NCBI GenBank assembly: GCA_963796455.1
Contig: CAWCLO010000004.1
Location: 352,001-416,000 of the forward strand
Length of the DNA: 64,000 bases
DNA from: Candidatus Sulfomarinibacteraceae bacterium
GTDB taxonomy: Bacteria > Acidobacteriota > Thermoanaerobaculia > Thermoanaerobaculales > Sulfomarinibacteraceae
Direction: 5' to 3'
Position 1 is the stretch's first letter, and each line of letters opens with the position of its first letter. The translations under genes were made by a program, and so were the position numbers. Positions 10,194-20,035 of this stretch are shown piece after piece. Under the pieces are notes generated by a model that worked only from the letters and a program-made list of their open reading frames with translations, did no database searches and was not told the DNA's origin.

Positions 10194-11738
10194 ATGATGC
10201 GAACCGTTCTTTTCTCGGTGATTGTTGTGCTAATTGTGTGCCTCTCGACGGCGTCTTGTGGCGGCGATCATTCGGACGGAGACGGGTTGAGCCGGGGTCG
10301 TCCCGATGAAGGTGTATTCGAATCAACCACCTCTTCGCCGGTTGTCACCGACGCCGCCAGCACCGGAGGTGTCAGCTGGGTCGACTTTGATGGCGATGGT
10401 GACGTCGATCTCATGGTCACCAACGGTTACGACGTGAGCGCCGAAAATCCGGTACCGCAAAAGAACCGTCTGTACGAGAACCGGGGCGGCGAGTTTGTGG
10501 ACGTGAGCTCGGGGCCCGTGGCCGAGGACGATGGCTTTTCCTCGGGCAGTACGTGGGCAGATTTCGACAATGACGGCCACATTGACGTCTTTATCGCCAA
10601 CCAACGGGGTCAGGATAACTTTCTCTATCGCAATCTGGGTGACGGGCGATTCGAAAAGATCGCCGATGGACCGCCGGCAACCTGCGCCGGAAATTCCTAT
10701 GGGGCGAGTTGGGTCGATGTGGACAACGACGGTCTGGTGGATCTCTTTGTCGCCAACGGGGGACTGAGCCACCAGAACAAAAATTGTTTCTACCGAAACA
10801 TCGGTGACGGCAGGTTCTCCCCTGTGGTGGAGGGCTCCATCATCATCGAGGAAGGCTCCACCTGCGGTGTCTCATGGGCCGACTACGACAACGACGGCGA
10901 CCAGGATGTTTTTGTGTCCGATCTTCAGCAGGCACAGACAGGGACCGGCGGCCTCTATCGAAATGACGGCGACTGGGTTTTTGTCCGCCAGGGAAGCGAT
11001 GTTGTGCCACTCGGACCGTCAATGCCGTCCGCCGCTGCGTGGGGAGATATGGACAACGATGGCGATCTCGATCTGTATCTGGCCGGGGTCTACGGCATGG
11101 CCAATATTCTGCTGAGCAACAATGGAGTGGGTGGCTTCGACAGGGTGACCGTGGGAGACGCCACAATCGACGGTGGACACTCCTATGGCGCGAACTGGGC
11201 CGATGTCGACAACGACGGCGATCTCGATCTTGCGGTCGCCAACTGGGGCGCGGGCCAGATGCTCTACGAGAACGACGGGACGGGTCGTCTTGATCGCATG
11301 GACGGCGGCGACTTTGGCGCGACCATCGAATACCCGGCAACCATCGCCTGGGCAGATTTCGACGGTGATGGCTTCCTCGATCTCGCCCTCGGGAACTGGC
11401 CCAACGCCCCCGGCCCCGGTGAAATCAATCGTCTGTTTCGAAATCGTGGGGCCGGTGGCCACTGGTTGATCGTGGTGCTCGAGGGCACTGCCTCGAATCG
11501 TTCGGCGATCGGCGCCCGCATCGAGGCCCTTGTAACCATCGGTGGCCGTCCGACAACCCTCATCAGAGAGGTGAGCGCCCACACAGGGTGGCGGAGTCAG
11601 AACGATCTTCGGCAGCACCTGGGTTTGGGCGATGCCGAGACAATCGACGTATTGTTGGTGCGGTGGCCGTCAGGAGCCACCAGTCGCCTTACCGATGTCG
11701 AAACCGATCGCGTGATCGAGGTCGTTGAAACGGGCTGA
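10194..11738 (+). CDS. CRTAC1/ASPIC-UnbV family FG-GAP repeat protein, probable lipoprotein
   Basis: Repeated W-x-D-x-D-[N/G]-DG-x-x-D-[L/V]; C-terminal SNRSAIGARI...HLGLG...VRWPSG. Confidence 0.9.
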   Translation: MMRTVLFSVIVVLIVCLSTASCGGDHSDGDGLSRGRPDEGVFESTTSSPVVTDAASTGGVSWVDFDGDGDVDLMVTNGYDVSAENPVPQKNRLYENRGGEFVDVSSGPVAEDDGFSSGSTWADFDNDGHIDVFIANQRGQDNFLYRNLGDGRFEKIADGPPATCAGNSYGASWVDVDNDGLVDLFVANGGLSHQNKNCFYRNIGDGRFSPVVEGSIIIEEGSTCGVSWADYDNDGDQDVFVSDLQQAQTGTGGLYRNDGDWVFVRQGSDVVPLGPSMPSAAAWGDMDNDGDLDLYLAGVYGMANILLSNNGVGGFDRVTVGDATIDGGHSYGANWADVDNDGDLDLAVANWGAGQMLYENDGTGRLDRMDGGDFGATIEYPATIAWADFDGDGFLDLALGNWPNAPGPGEINRLFRNRGAGGHWLIVVLEGTASNRSAIGARIEALVTIGGRPTTLIREVSAHTGWRSQNDLRQHLGLGDAETIDVLLVRWPSGATSRLTDVETDRVIEVVETG

Positions 11739-11863
11739 TTGCCGGCAGCAGGTGTGACCGCGTGGGATATGTGGATGGGCCAAAACCTGATTTCGGGATG
11801 AAATATAGGACGAAAGGGTCCATACTCTTATTCATGTAGGGTTCGAACCCAAGGGGGTAGGTC

Positions 11864-13669
11864 ATGAAACGGACGCCGGTCGACAGTTTCTACAGACGTG
11901 TAATCGGTGGGGGAGCGGCTTTCCTGGTGCTGATCAGCCTTATGACGGGTGGGATCTCGGCCCAGGAATCGGCTGACAACCCGTCCGCATCGTTCTTCCA
12001 GCCGATTCGGGTGCCCCTGGTCAACGTCGAAGTGGTGGCGAACAATGAAAGCGGTGTACCGGTCCGAGGTCTCACCGCTGATGACTTCGAGGTTTTCGAA
12101 GACGGACAACCGGTCGCCATAACCCATTTCTTCGCGGCAGATTCGTCCACCGCGACCGCGGATGACTCTGCTTCGAAATCGACCTACTCCGGCGCCCCCA
12201 GCCAGGATCTCTATCTGACCGTTTTTCTCGACGAAACCACCGTGGATCCCCGTCTCCGGACGGCGGCATTGGCCCGTCTCGATACCTTTCTCAACCAGCC
12301 GGGGGCGGTCAACATGCGGACCATGCTGGTCCGTTTCGACGGCTCGCTCCAGGTGGTTAGCGATTTCTCCAGTCAACCCGAGGAGTTGCGCAGTGCTCTC
12401 GAAGATGTCCGTGGCCGGCCGTCGGTCAGCGGGGTGAACCGGGAAGGTGAAGCGCTCGTGCGCGACATGCAGAGCTATGCTGCGCAACCGCGGATGAAAA
12501 AACAGAGCGCGGCGCCGGTCATTGGTGAATTCCAGACAGGACCATCGCCTTTTATAGAATCCGACACCCCGAACGACTACCACTCCTACTTGCCGGAGAT
12601 CCGGCAATTCACCGAAACCTGCAGGGTCCGAAGCCGGACCAGCATCCAGGCTTTGGGACATTTTGTCGATTATCTGTCCGGGGTGCCGGGTCGAAAGGCC
12701 GTTCTCTGGATCGGCGATCTCGAGATGAGAGCGGGTGAGAATGTGTACCGGACCTGGATGGAGCTCTTTCCCGAACAGGCTCGGAGGCAAGCCGTGAGCC
12801 CGATGATGGCGACGTTCCAACAGGACATTTCCCGCGATCTCCAGGAATTGGTGGACCGCGCGAATTCCGAAAGAGTCAGTTTTTTTACGGTTGGAACCCT
12901 GAACAGCAATTTCGCCGCCAGCGCATCGATGAATACGCGCATCTTCGAAGGAACGGGTGGGCCGGGTCAACAGCGGGTCAGGAGTTCAGGATCGGGGGAT
13001 TTTGCAAAAAGGATGATGTCCGATCAAACCGGCGGCCGTCTGCTGATGAGCGGTCGCGATCTTGACCAGCAGCTGCAGAGGGTGACGGACGATCTCGGGA
13101 CCTACTATTCGCTGGCCTACACGCCACCATCCCCGGGCGATGGTGAGTATCACGAGATCACGGTCAAGGCGAAGCGAGAAGGCGTCATCCTGACTCATCG
13201 TGTCGGCTATCGAGAGAATCTTTCGTACACCGGCGCTGCGGACCGAACCCTGGCCGCAGCCCTTCTCGGGGTCGCCGAAAATCCACTCGGAATTGAAGTC
13301 GAGTGCGAAGAGGCGGAACCAAGGGAAGAAAAAGGTTTTCTGGTTCCAGTGAGGATTCAGATCCCGATCGGGGACCTCGTCCTCGCGCCTCAAGAGGGAC
13401 ACCACACCGCCCATATCTCAGTCTTCTTCGTGATCTCCGACGAATCGGGGCGGGCGTCGGAGGTCTACGAGCGTGCCTACCCGATCGATATCGCCAACGA
13501 TCAACTGCTCGCCGCGGTGGGCCAGAAGGCTGATTTTGTGGTGGGGATGTTACTGAGCGAAGGTCCGCATCGGATCGCGGTCAGCGTTCGCGACGACCAG
13601 TCATCGACCGAGTCGACCACATTCATCGATATGGTGGCCGGAGTCGCGGACGAGCAGGTCGCCCAGTAA
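11864..13669 (+). CDS. Exported VWA-domain protein (Acidobacteria-type VWFA)
   Basis: VNVEVV...G-x-PVRGLT-x-DDFEVFEDG, PGRKAVLW, TGG, YYSLAY-x-P. Confidence 0.85.
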   Translation: MKRTPVDSFYRRVIGGGAAFLVLISLMTGGISAQESADNPSASFFQPIRVPLVNVEVVANNESGVPVRGLTADDFEVFEDGQPVAITHFFAADSSTATADDSASKSTYSGAPSQDLYLTVFLDETTVDPRLRTAALARLDTFLNQPGAVNMRTMLVRFDGSLQVVSDFSSQPEELRSALEDVRGRPSVSGVNREGEALVRDMQSYAAQPRMKKQSAAPVIGEFQTGPSPFIESDTPNDYHSYLPEIRQFTETCRVRSRTSIQALGHFVDYLSGVPGRKAVLWIGDLEMRAGENVYRTWMELFPEQARRQAVSPMMATFQQDISRDLQELVDRANSERVSFFTVGTLNSNFAASASMNTRIFEGTGGPGQQRVRSSGSGDFAKRMMSDQTGGRLLMSGRDLDQQLQRVTDDLGTYYSLAYTPPSPGDGEYHEITVKAKREGVILTHRVGYRENLSYTGAADRTLAAALLGVAENPLGIEVECEEAEPREEKGFLVPVRIQIPIGDLVLAPQEGHHTAHISVFFVISDESGRASEVYERAYPIDIANDQLLAAVGQKADFVVGMLLSEGPHRIAVSVRDDQSSTESTTFIDMVAGVADEQVAQ

Positions 13670-13720
13670 CAACGATTCCATAATGACTGCGAGACCGGAA
13701 CCGAAGGTCTTCCCGACCCT

Positions 13721-15103
13721 TCAGCCGCGGCCGAGACCCAGCACCCTGAAACCGGAAGACTGCAGTTCGTCAACCAGCTCGGGGTTGATGCGACGGAGAC
13801 CCGCCAGAAGCTTGTGTGCCTCTGCATCCTCGCCCGAGGCAAGCAGCGCTTCCGCCAGAATCGTTTTGTTGTAGAGCTTGAATGTGCCTTGGCTGACTTG
13901 CATGAAGGTCAGCTGATTGTCCGTCGCCCACAGTTTCTCGGCTGCCTTTCCGTACTCGCCCAGCTTGGCCAGACGGACGCCCTCGAGGTGCGACATGACG
14001 GCTTCGGGCAACGTCGAGTCGCGACCTTCGGAACGGTCCATCAATTCTGTAGTGAAATCTGAAAGCCTGTCTTCGAGAGCCTTTGCGGTTTGCCAGTCGC
14101 CGACCTCACAGGCTGCTCGGTGGGTCATCACTGACGGATAACCCAGCGGCCGATCGGCAATGCAGGGGTCTTCGAAGAGGGCCAGCATCTCCTCCCACTC
14201 TTCGTGTTCCGTCATCTCCGAGTAGCGCGCCCGGCACTCCAGGGCGAGCAGCTGTTCGTCCGGCAACCCGGCCTCGCGGGCGCTGGCGATCGTCTCCCAG
14301 ATCCGTTGCGGATTTCCCGCAAAGGAGTGCAGGACGGCAAGGTGTTCGTATGAGGCCCAAAAATCTCTTTTGATCTCGATGGCTTTGTTGAGAGATGCCT
14401 CGGCCTCTACAAAACGTCCGATCGTGATGTAGAGCTCGCCGAGAGAGTCGTGGGGGTTGGCCTGATCGGGTGCGATGAACCGGTAACTTTTGAAGTGCTC
14501 CTCCGACTCGGCGAATCGGCCCTGCATCATTGCGATGTAACCGAGGGCGTTGTAGGCGGCGACCCAGTTGGAGTCGATCTCGAGGAGGCGCTGGTACAGG
14601 TGTTCGGCATCTCCCAAATCATTGCGGGTCCACGCGATGGCTGCTTTGATGCTCAGAGCTTCGGCATCTGTCGGATATTTTTCTACGTACTCATCGACCA
14701 GACGATCGGCCTCCTCCGGTTGGCGGTTGCGAAGAGCCCGCCAACGCTCCATGAACATTATCTCGCGTGGGCTGACTCGAGCGAGATCGGCGTCCATGAG
14801 TTCGACATAGAGTTTCTCCGCCTCTTCGGGGTCGCTGCCGTGGAGAAACTGTGCGTAACGGAGCTTGGCGATCAAGAAATCGGGATCGAGCTCGTAGGCG
14901 CGTCGGTAGTGCTCATAGGCGTCGTCCAGATAGAACTTGTTCTGAGCTTCGCTGCCGGCTTCGTATGCGGCGAGCGCCTCCGGATTCGAGGTCGTCCACT
15001 CCGATCCCCGGGGTAGTGCAATCAACGTCACTCCGGCCGCGACCACCGTGACAGCCGCCGCCATCATCCACAGAGTATGTTTCATTTGGCCCCCGCTCGT
15101 CAT
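13721..15103 (-). CDS. Membrane-anchored or exported tetratricopeptide repeat protein
   Basis: N-terminal hydrophobic segment; TTSNPEA; TPRs (YRRAYELDPDF, AYNALGY, PHDSLGELY). Confidence 0.8.
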   Translation of the reverse strand: MTSGGQMKHTLWMMAAAVTVVAAGVTLIALPRGSEWTTSNPEALAAYEAGSEAQNKFYLDDAYEHYRRAYELDPDFLIAKLRYAQFLHGSDPEEAEKLYVELMDADLARVSPREIMFMERWRALRNRQPEEADRLVDEYVEKYPTDAEALSIKAAIAWTRNDLGDAEHLYQRLLEIDSNWVAAYNALGYIAMMQGRFAESEEHFKSYRFIAPDQANPHDSLGELYITIGRFVEAEASLNKAIEIKRDFWASYEHLAVLHSFAGNPQRIWETIASAREAGLPDEQLLALECRARYSEMTEHEEWEEMLALFEDPCIADRPLGYPSVMTHRAACEVGDWQTAKALEDRLSDFTTELMDRSEGRDSTLPEAVMSHLEGVRLAKLGEYGKAAEKLWATDNQLTFMQVSQGTFKLYNKTILAEALLASGEDAEAHKLLAGLRRINPELVDELQSSGFRVLGLGRG

Positions 15104-15124
15104 ACGAAAACGACTGGAGAATGT

Positions 15125-16129
15125 TTACTCGAAAGGCTCTGCGAAGGACCGGTTTGGCTCCACGAAAAGGCGGTTTCGAGAAGCATCGAAGACGAGGTTG
15201 AAACGAGACAGGAGCCCGAGCCCGATCATGACTTCGTGGAATGTGTGATCGCGGTCTTCCTCGAGAACGAAACTGGCAAGAACATCGGACACCTCGAAGC
15301 CTCCGATCTCGATGCCGGCCACCCGTGCGAAATGCCCCCGGGTCTCTTGTCGTTGAATATTGAATCCGAGGCTGCCGGGCACCGCGGTGCGTGGGGTTGT
15401 GAATCCGTGTTCGCCGCCGGTGGCGATCTGGGCCTGGTCGTTGTAGCCGAGGTCCATCATGAATTCGAGTGATTTCGTGTGACCGTCCTCGGTTCGGATG
15501 GTGCCGGGGATCGACCAGGCACCGATCTCGAGCGGTCTCCACCTTACTGCGGCACCCTCACCGCGATAAACGAATGCGGAGGGCTCGATCAGGGTGATCA
15601 TCATCTCGTCGAAGTTGATGTCCACCACAAAGTGTTTGAAAAAGGTCGCGCTGACCTGACCAACGCTGCCCGCCCACATTTTGTCCGTACCGGAACTGGA
15701 GGGGGTGATCACGGCGGTTTGATCGATGAACTCAACCCCCGGGAGCCGGAGGGTGATTCCGGAAGCCGTGTCCGAGGCCAGCGCGGTCTCTTCCTCCGTC
15801 TCTCCGATGAGGATCTGGCCGTCGCGCTCGAGACTGAGAGCGTCCACATCCGGTCCCCCCCAGAACAACAGGGGGTCCCACATGAAACCGTCGTCGAGTA
15901 GCAGGTGGACCTCGCGACCGTTGATTTTGGCACGAAACCGGATATCCCCGCCAAACACGTCGAATGGGAATCGGATGACTCCGTGCTCGTCGAGAATTCG
16001 AAAACTTCCGGGGAGTGAGTTTTTGTCATTCTCCTCGATCACATCCGAGCTGGATGGGGTTGCGACAATCAGGCAGATGGTGCTCGCAATGATGCCGCAA
16101 ATGAACCTGAGGTAGGTGGTGATGTTCAT
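15125..16129 (-). CDS. Exported retropepsin-like aspartyl protease family protein with degenerate motifs
   Basis: LLLDDG and FMMDLG at the D-T-G positions; IGLGLLSRF; ATG overlaps the tetR stop (ATGA). Confidence 0.7.
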   Translation of the reverse strand: MNITTYLRFICGIIASTICLIVATPSSSDVIEENDKNSLPGSFRILDEHGVIRFPFDVFGGDIRFRAKINGREVHLLLDDGFMWDPLLFWGGPDVDALSLERDGQILIGETEEETALASDTASGITLRLPGVEFIDQTAVITPSSSGTDKMWAGSVGQVSATFFKHFVVDINFDEMMITLIEPSAFVYRGEGAAVRWRPLEIGAWSIPGTIRTEDGHTKSLEFMMDLGYNDQAQIATGGEHGFTTPRTAVPGSLGFNIQRQETRGHFARVAGIEIGGFEVSDVLASFVLEEDRDHTFHEVMIGLGLLSRFNLVFDASRNRLFVEPNRSFAEPFE

Positions 16130-16761
16130 CGGTTTGCTCCCTGGCTGCGGATTCCTCGACTGAAGAGATCCAAAAAATGTTCGGTGTATCGCTCTGGATC
16201 GAATGAAGCGAATGAATACGACGGTGACAGCGCGCGGTGAATGATGATCCTGAGGCTGTAGAGATATTGGCTGATACAAAGATCGATCTCGAGATCGGAA
16301 CGAAGCGAGCCGTCTTTCAGACCCAGATTGAAAATCTCCCGCAGACCGTCCGCAAGCTGATTGTTCAGTACTTCAAATTTTTGCAGCACGTCCCTGCCGA
16401 CCCGGTTCTCGTCGATGCCTCGGTAATCCCAGTAGGCCTGGAGTCGAATCGACTGTGGGCGGGCGCAGGAATAGGAAAAGAGGGTGCGTCCCCAGGTCAG
16501 GATCTTCTCGAGACCCGTCTCGGCGTCGAGCATCCCCGCCAGTTGCGCCTTCCACCGTTCACTCAGGTCGTCGACCAGAACCAGCAGGAGGATTTGGTCG
16601 CGGCTCTTGAAATAGGCGTAGAGGGTTCTGCGGGTGTAGTCCACCGCCGCAGCGATCTCGTCCATCGATGTCGTCTCGATATCTCGTTCGGCGAGCAATC
16701 TCCGGGTGGCGTCGACAATCATCCTGCGCCGGGTGTCGAACTCGATTTCTTTTCGCGTCAT
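16126..16761 (-). CDS. TetR/AcrR family transcriptional regulator
   Basis: N-terminal HTH TSMDEIAAAVDYTRRTLYAYFKSR; GAGGTG RBS. Confidence 0.92.
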   Translation of the reverse strand: MTRKEIEFDTRRRMIVDATRRLLAERDIETTSMDEIAAAVDYTRRTLYAYFKSRDQILLLVLVDDLSERWKAQLAGMLDAETGLEKILTWGRTLFSYSCARPQSIRLQAYWDYRGIDENRVGRDVLQKFEVLNNQLADGLREIFNLGLKDGSLRSDLEIDLCISQYLYSLRIIIHRALSPSYSFASFDPERYTEHFLDLFSRGIRSQGANR

Positions 16762-16798
16762 GGTGTTTGAATCTGGGATGTCTCACCTCGAGCAATTT

Positions 16799-16817
16799 AT
16801 TACACAGTACGTGTAAT
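16799..16817. promoter_or_regulatory. Candidate TetR operator (ATTACAC-N5-GTGTAAT)
   Basis: Perfect 7-bp inverted repeat in an AT-rich patch about 38 nt upstream of the tetR start. Confidence 0.6.
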
Positions 16818-16875
16818 TATGCCGGAAGTTTCATCCGAAAATCAAATGACGTTTTTATTTGTTCGCCGCGAGTCG

Positions 16876-18540
16876 TCAGTGCCCTCTGGCCAGCCCGGCG
16901 CCCCTGGGATCGGACGCGCCGGTGAATCCATTCGGGAGACCGCCGTCGTCGTAGGAAATCGTCAGACCCTGCGCGTTGCCGATATTCCGGATCCGAAGCT
17001 CGTGCCCCATGGATTCCAGGGTGTCGCGAATATCCCCTGGGAGGCTCTCCTCCACGTCGAGGAAATTGGGCACGTTGAAAGCAATCCGCGGCGCCGCGAT
17101 GGCTTCGAAGATATTCATCTCGAAGTCGACAACGTTCATGATGACCTGGGCGACGGTCTGGGTGATGGTGTGGCCGCCGGGGGTGCCGATCGCAATCCAC
17201 GGCTTGCCGTCACGCAGGACGAACGACGGCGAATCGCTGGACAACTTACGCCGTCCCGGGTGGGCGTCCATCGGATTGCCTTTGGGCTCGAAGGTGCAGT
17301 AGGCGAGCGAGTTGTTGAGCCAGATCCCGGTGCCTTCCGGCATGATGCGGCTGCCGAAAAGATTGCCCAGCGTCACCGTGGCGGACACGACGTTGCCCCA
17401 CTCATCGGCGACCACGAAATGTGTCGTGTTGATGCTCTCCGCCACCTCGCCGATTTCCGGGGCTTGAAATACTGAGGCTCTCGACGGGTCGATCCGCGCT
17501 GCTTCCTGGAGCCAGTAGCTCTCGGAAAGCAGCAGATCGTAGGGCGGCGGCTGGATGTCGGGGTCACCGGAGTAGGCGAGTCGGGTCCAGTACGCGTGTT
17601 TGGTCACCTCGGCAAAGCGGTGGAGGTACTCGATCGAATTATGTCCGAGGGCACGATTTTCCTCGAGCCCCATCATCCCGAGTCGCACCAGCATCGGAAA
17701 GGCACCCGCCGGCGCCGCCGGAGTCACGACCAGGAGACCGCGGTAGGTGATCGAGATGGGTTGCCACCATTCGGCGGTGTCGTTGATGAGATCGTCGATG
17801 GCGAGAAAACCGCCTGCTGCGCCCATTGCGCTGTCGATGGCGTGTCCAATGGTGCCGCCATAGATGACTTTTGGCCCTTCGTCGCGCACCAGGCGGAGCG
17901 ACGAGGCGAGATCGTTTTGAACCAGCACGTCGCCCTCTTCGAGGGGGCTGCCGTCGGAACCGTAGATTGCCTTTGCGTGAGCGGGAAACTCGTCGAACGC
18001 GAGGTCGATGAAAAACGCAGTTCTGGCATCAATGACGAAGCCTTCTTCGGCCGCCTTGATCGCCGGTTCGAGGAGCGTCGGCCAGGCTATGGTGCCGAAT
18101 CGATCGGACATGGCAAACCACGCATTCGCCGCCCCCGGGGTGGAAACCGCCTTCGCGTTGCGGCGATTGGCCTCATAGTCCGGTGTCGGAGCCCGATAAA
18201 CATCGGAGTCGACCGCCATAGGGATCTTGCCGCTGGCGTCGAGGTAGAGCGACTCACCCGTTGCGGCGTCGAAGACGAGAATCGTCCCATAACCCCCCAT
18301 CCCGGACATCATCGGTTCGACGACGTTGAGAGTCGACGCGATGGCGACAGCCGCGTCGAAGGCGTTGCCTCCATCGCGGAGAATCGAGAGCCCGGCTTCG
18401 GTGGCGATGGGGTGGGCGGTGGCTACCATGCCGCGGCTTGCCTCTGCGAGGTCGCCGTCTTCGACTGCGGGTGGCGGCCCGGCAGCGCAGGCCGAAATAA
18501 CGATCAGAAGGGCTGCAATTGAGGTTTTGTTTTGCATCAT
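16876..18540 (-). CDS. ggt: Gamma-glutamyltransferase family lipoprotein
   Basis: GGNAFDAAVA, VVEPMMSGMGG, autocleavage TTHF, GTPGG, GASDPRG; lipobox-like ISAC. Confidence 0.9.
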   Translation of the reverse strand: MMQNKTSIAALLIVISACAAGPPPAVEDGDLAEASRGMVATAHPIATEAGLSILRDGGNAFDAAVAIASTLNVVEPMMSGMGGYGTILVFDAATGESLYLDASGKIPMAVDSDVYRAPTPDYEANRRNAKAVSTPGAANAWFAMSDRFGTIAWPTLLEPAIKAAEEGFVIDARTAFFIDLAFDEFPAHAKAIYGSDGSPLEEGDVLVQNDLASSLRLVRDEGPKVIYGGTIGHAIDSAMGAAGGFLAIDDLINDTAEWWQPISITYRGLLVVTPAAPAGAFPMLVRLGMMGLEENRALGHNSIEYLHRFAEVTKHAYWTRLAYSGDPDIQPPPYDLLLSESYWLQEAARIDPSRASVFQAPEIGEVAESINTTHFVVADEWGNVVSATVTLGNLFGSRIMPEGTGIWLNNSLAYCTFEPKGNPMDAHPGRRKLSSDSPSFVLRDGKPWIAIGTPGGHTITQTVAQVIMNVVDFEMNIFEAIAAPRIAFNVPNFLDVEESLPGDIRDTLESMGHELRIRNIGNAQGLTISYDDGGLPNGFTGASDPRGAGLARGH

Positions 18541-18625
18541 GGGGGACACATTAACACGTAGAAAGTGAGCTTTCGGATGACTGGAAGAGAGACATGATCT
18601 CATCGGCGAGCTATGCTTTCGGTGC

Positions 18626-19585
18626 ATGTCTGATTCGAACCAATTTCAGAGTCCGGGTCGAGCAGCGGTCCCGGGAACAGGACGGGAGCCGGATCCGACC
18701 CAGCGCACGTCGCCTGCCCGGGTTCGCACCGTGGTCTTGACCGCTTTGGCCGTGACCTGCTTTGCAGCGAATTCGGTTCTGGCACGGCTGGCGTTGGTTG
18801 ATGGAGCATCCGACCCGACAGGCTTCAGCACTGTACGACTCCTTTCGGGCGCGGTGATCCTGTGGCTGGTGATCGCGGTTCGGGGCCGGTCTGCTTCAGG
18901 GAAACAAGGTGGCTCGTGGATGTCGGCTTGGTGGCTCTTCCTCTATGCGCTGACTTTTGCGTTTGCCTATGTGAGCCTCGCCGCCGGAACCGGCGCACTG
19001 ATTCTGTTTGCCGCTGTGCAAATCACGATGATTGGAGCCGGGCTCATGAGTGGCGAGAAGCCGCGCCCGCTCCGGTGGTTCGGTCTGGGGGTCGCCATGT
19101 CGGGTCTGGTCGTTTTGAGCATGCCCGCGGTTGAAGGACCGACACCGGAGGGTGGGGTATTGATGGCTGTGGCCGGGCTCGCCTGGGGTCTCTATTCAAT
19201 TCGTGGTCGCGGTACCGTCGACCCCTCGGCGGTGACCGCGGGCAATTTCCTCCGCACGCTGCCCATGGTCGGGTTGGCTGCTCTCGTGCTGTCGCAATCG
19301 ATTTCGATGTCGTGGACGGGTGTCGTGCTGGCCGTGATCTCCGGGGCCCTGGCTTCAGGCGCAGGTTACCTGATCTGGTACTCCGCGTTGCGTGGACTGT
19401 CGTCCACCATGGCTGGGATCGTACAGTTGGCGGTTCCGGTCCTGGCCGCGGTGGGCGGGGTGTTCTTTCTCGGTGAAGCGGTGACCGCCAGAGTCGTGGT
19501 CGCCGGTGCTGCGATCCTCGCCGGTGTTGCGATTGCCGGATCGGCCGGCGATCGGGCGGCAACAAAAACCACAGGCGCCCTCTGA
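18626..19585 (+). CDS. DMT/EamA family transporter
   Basis: About 10 hydrophobic segments; FAANSVLARLAL, GTGALILF, QLAVPVLAA-x-GG-x-x-FLGE. Confidence 0.88.
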   Translation: MSDSNQFQSPGRAAVPGTGREPDPTQRTSPARVRTVVLTALAVTCFAANSVLARLALVDGASDPTGFSTVRLLSGAVILWLVIAVRGRSASGKQGGSWMSAWWLFLYALTFAFAYVSLAAGTGALILFAAVQITMIGAGLMSGEKPRPLRWFGLGVAMSGLVVLSMPAVEGPTPEGGVLMAVAGLAWGLYSIRGRGTVDPSAVTAGNFLRTLPMVGLAALVLSQSISMSWTGVVLAVISGALASGAGYLIWYSALRGLSSTMAGIVQLAVPVLAAVGGVFFLGEAVTARVVVAGAAILAGVAIAGSAGDRAATKTTGAL

Positions 19586-19676
19586 TTCGTGTCCTGAGGA
19601 CTTTTTGCAGGGAGATAGACAGCGACGAAATTTTGCGCGATAGTGGCTCGCGATTGATCTGATCCCGGGGGAATTC

Positions 19677-19898
19677 ATGAAGTTGTTGATCGCGGCGGCG
19701 GCGTTGTGTGTGGTGTGTGGTTTTGCGTTCGCGGGCAGCGAGGCGCTTGCGCAGGCGGATCTCGATGCCGAAAAAGCCGGCGGAGCGGCCGTCCCCTCCC
19801 ACCATTCTCCGTACTTTGTGGTCGACCCCGAACCTTCAAGCACGATGGGCGTCCGAGCCAGGACGGTGGCGGTGCTCGAGTTGATGGAAACAAGTTGA
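19677..19898 (+). pseudogene. Probable internally deleted M20 amidohydrolase remnant (signal peptide joined to the extreme C-terminus)
   Basis: Signal peptide followed directly by PSHHSPYF-x-VDPEPS...GV-x-A...AVLEL, which I recognise as the C-terminal HHSP-x-F signature of M20D amidohydrolases. Confidence 0.6.
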
Positions 19899-20035
19899 TT
19901 CGCCTCGACGTTGATCGGAGAGTTTCAATGGGACGGTTACGGTCCGTCCGGTGAAAGCTCAAACAGGGATCAATCCCAGAAAAACCAGAGTGTCGTTGCC
20001 GCGTAATTCCAGTGCTGTGATTTGAGGAGGTTGTG

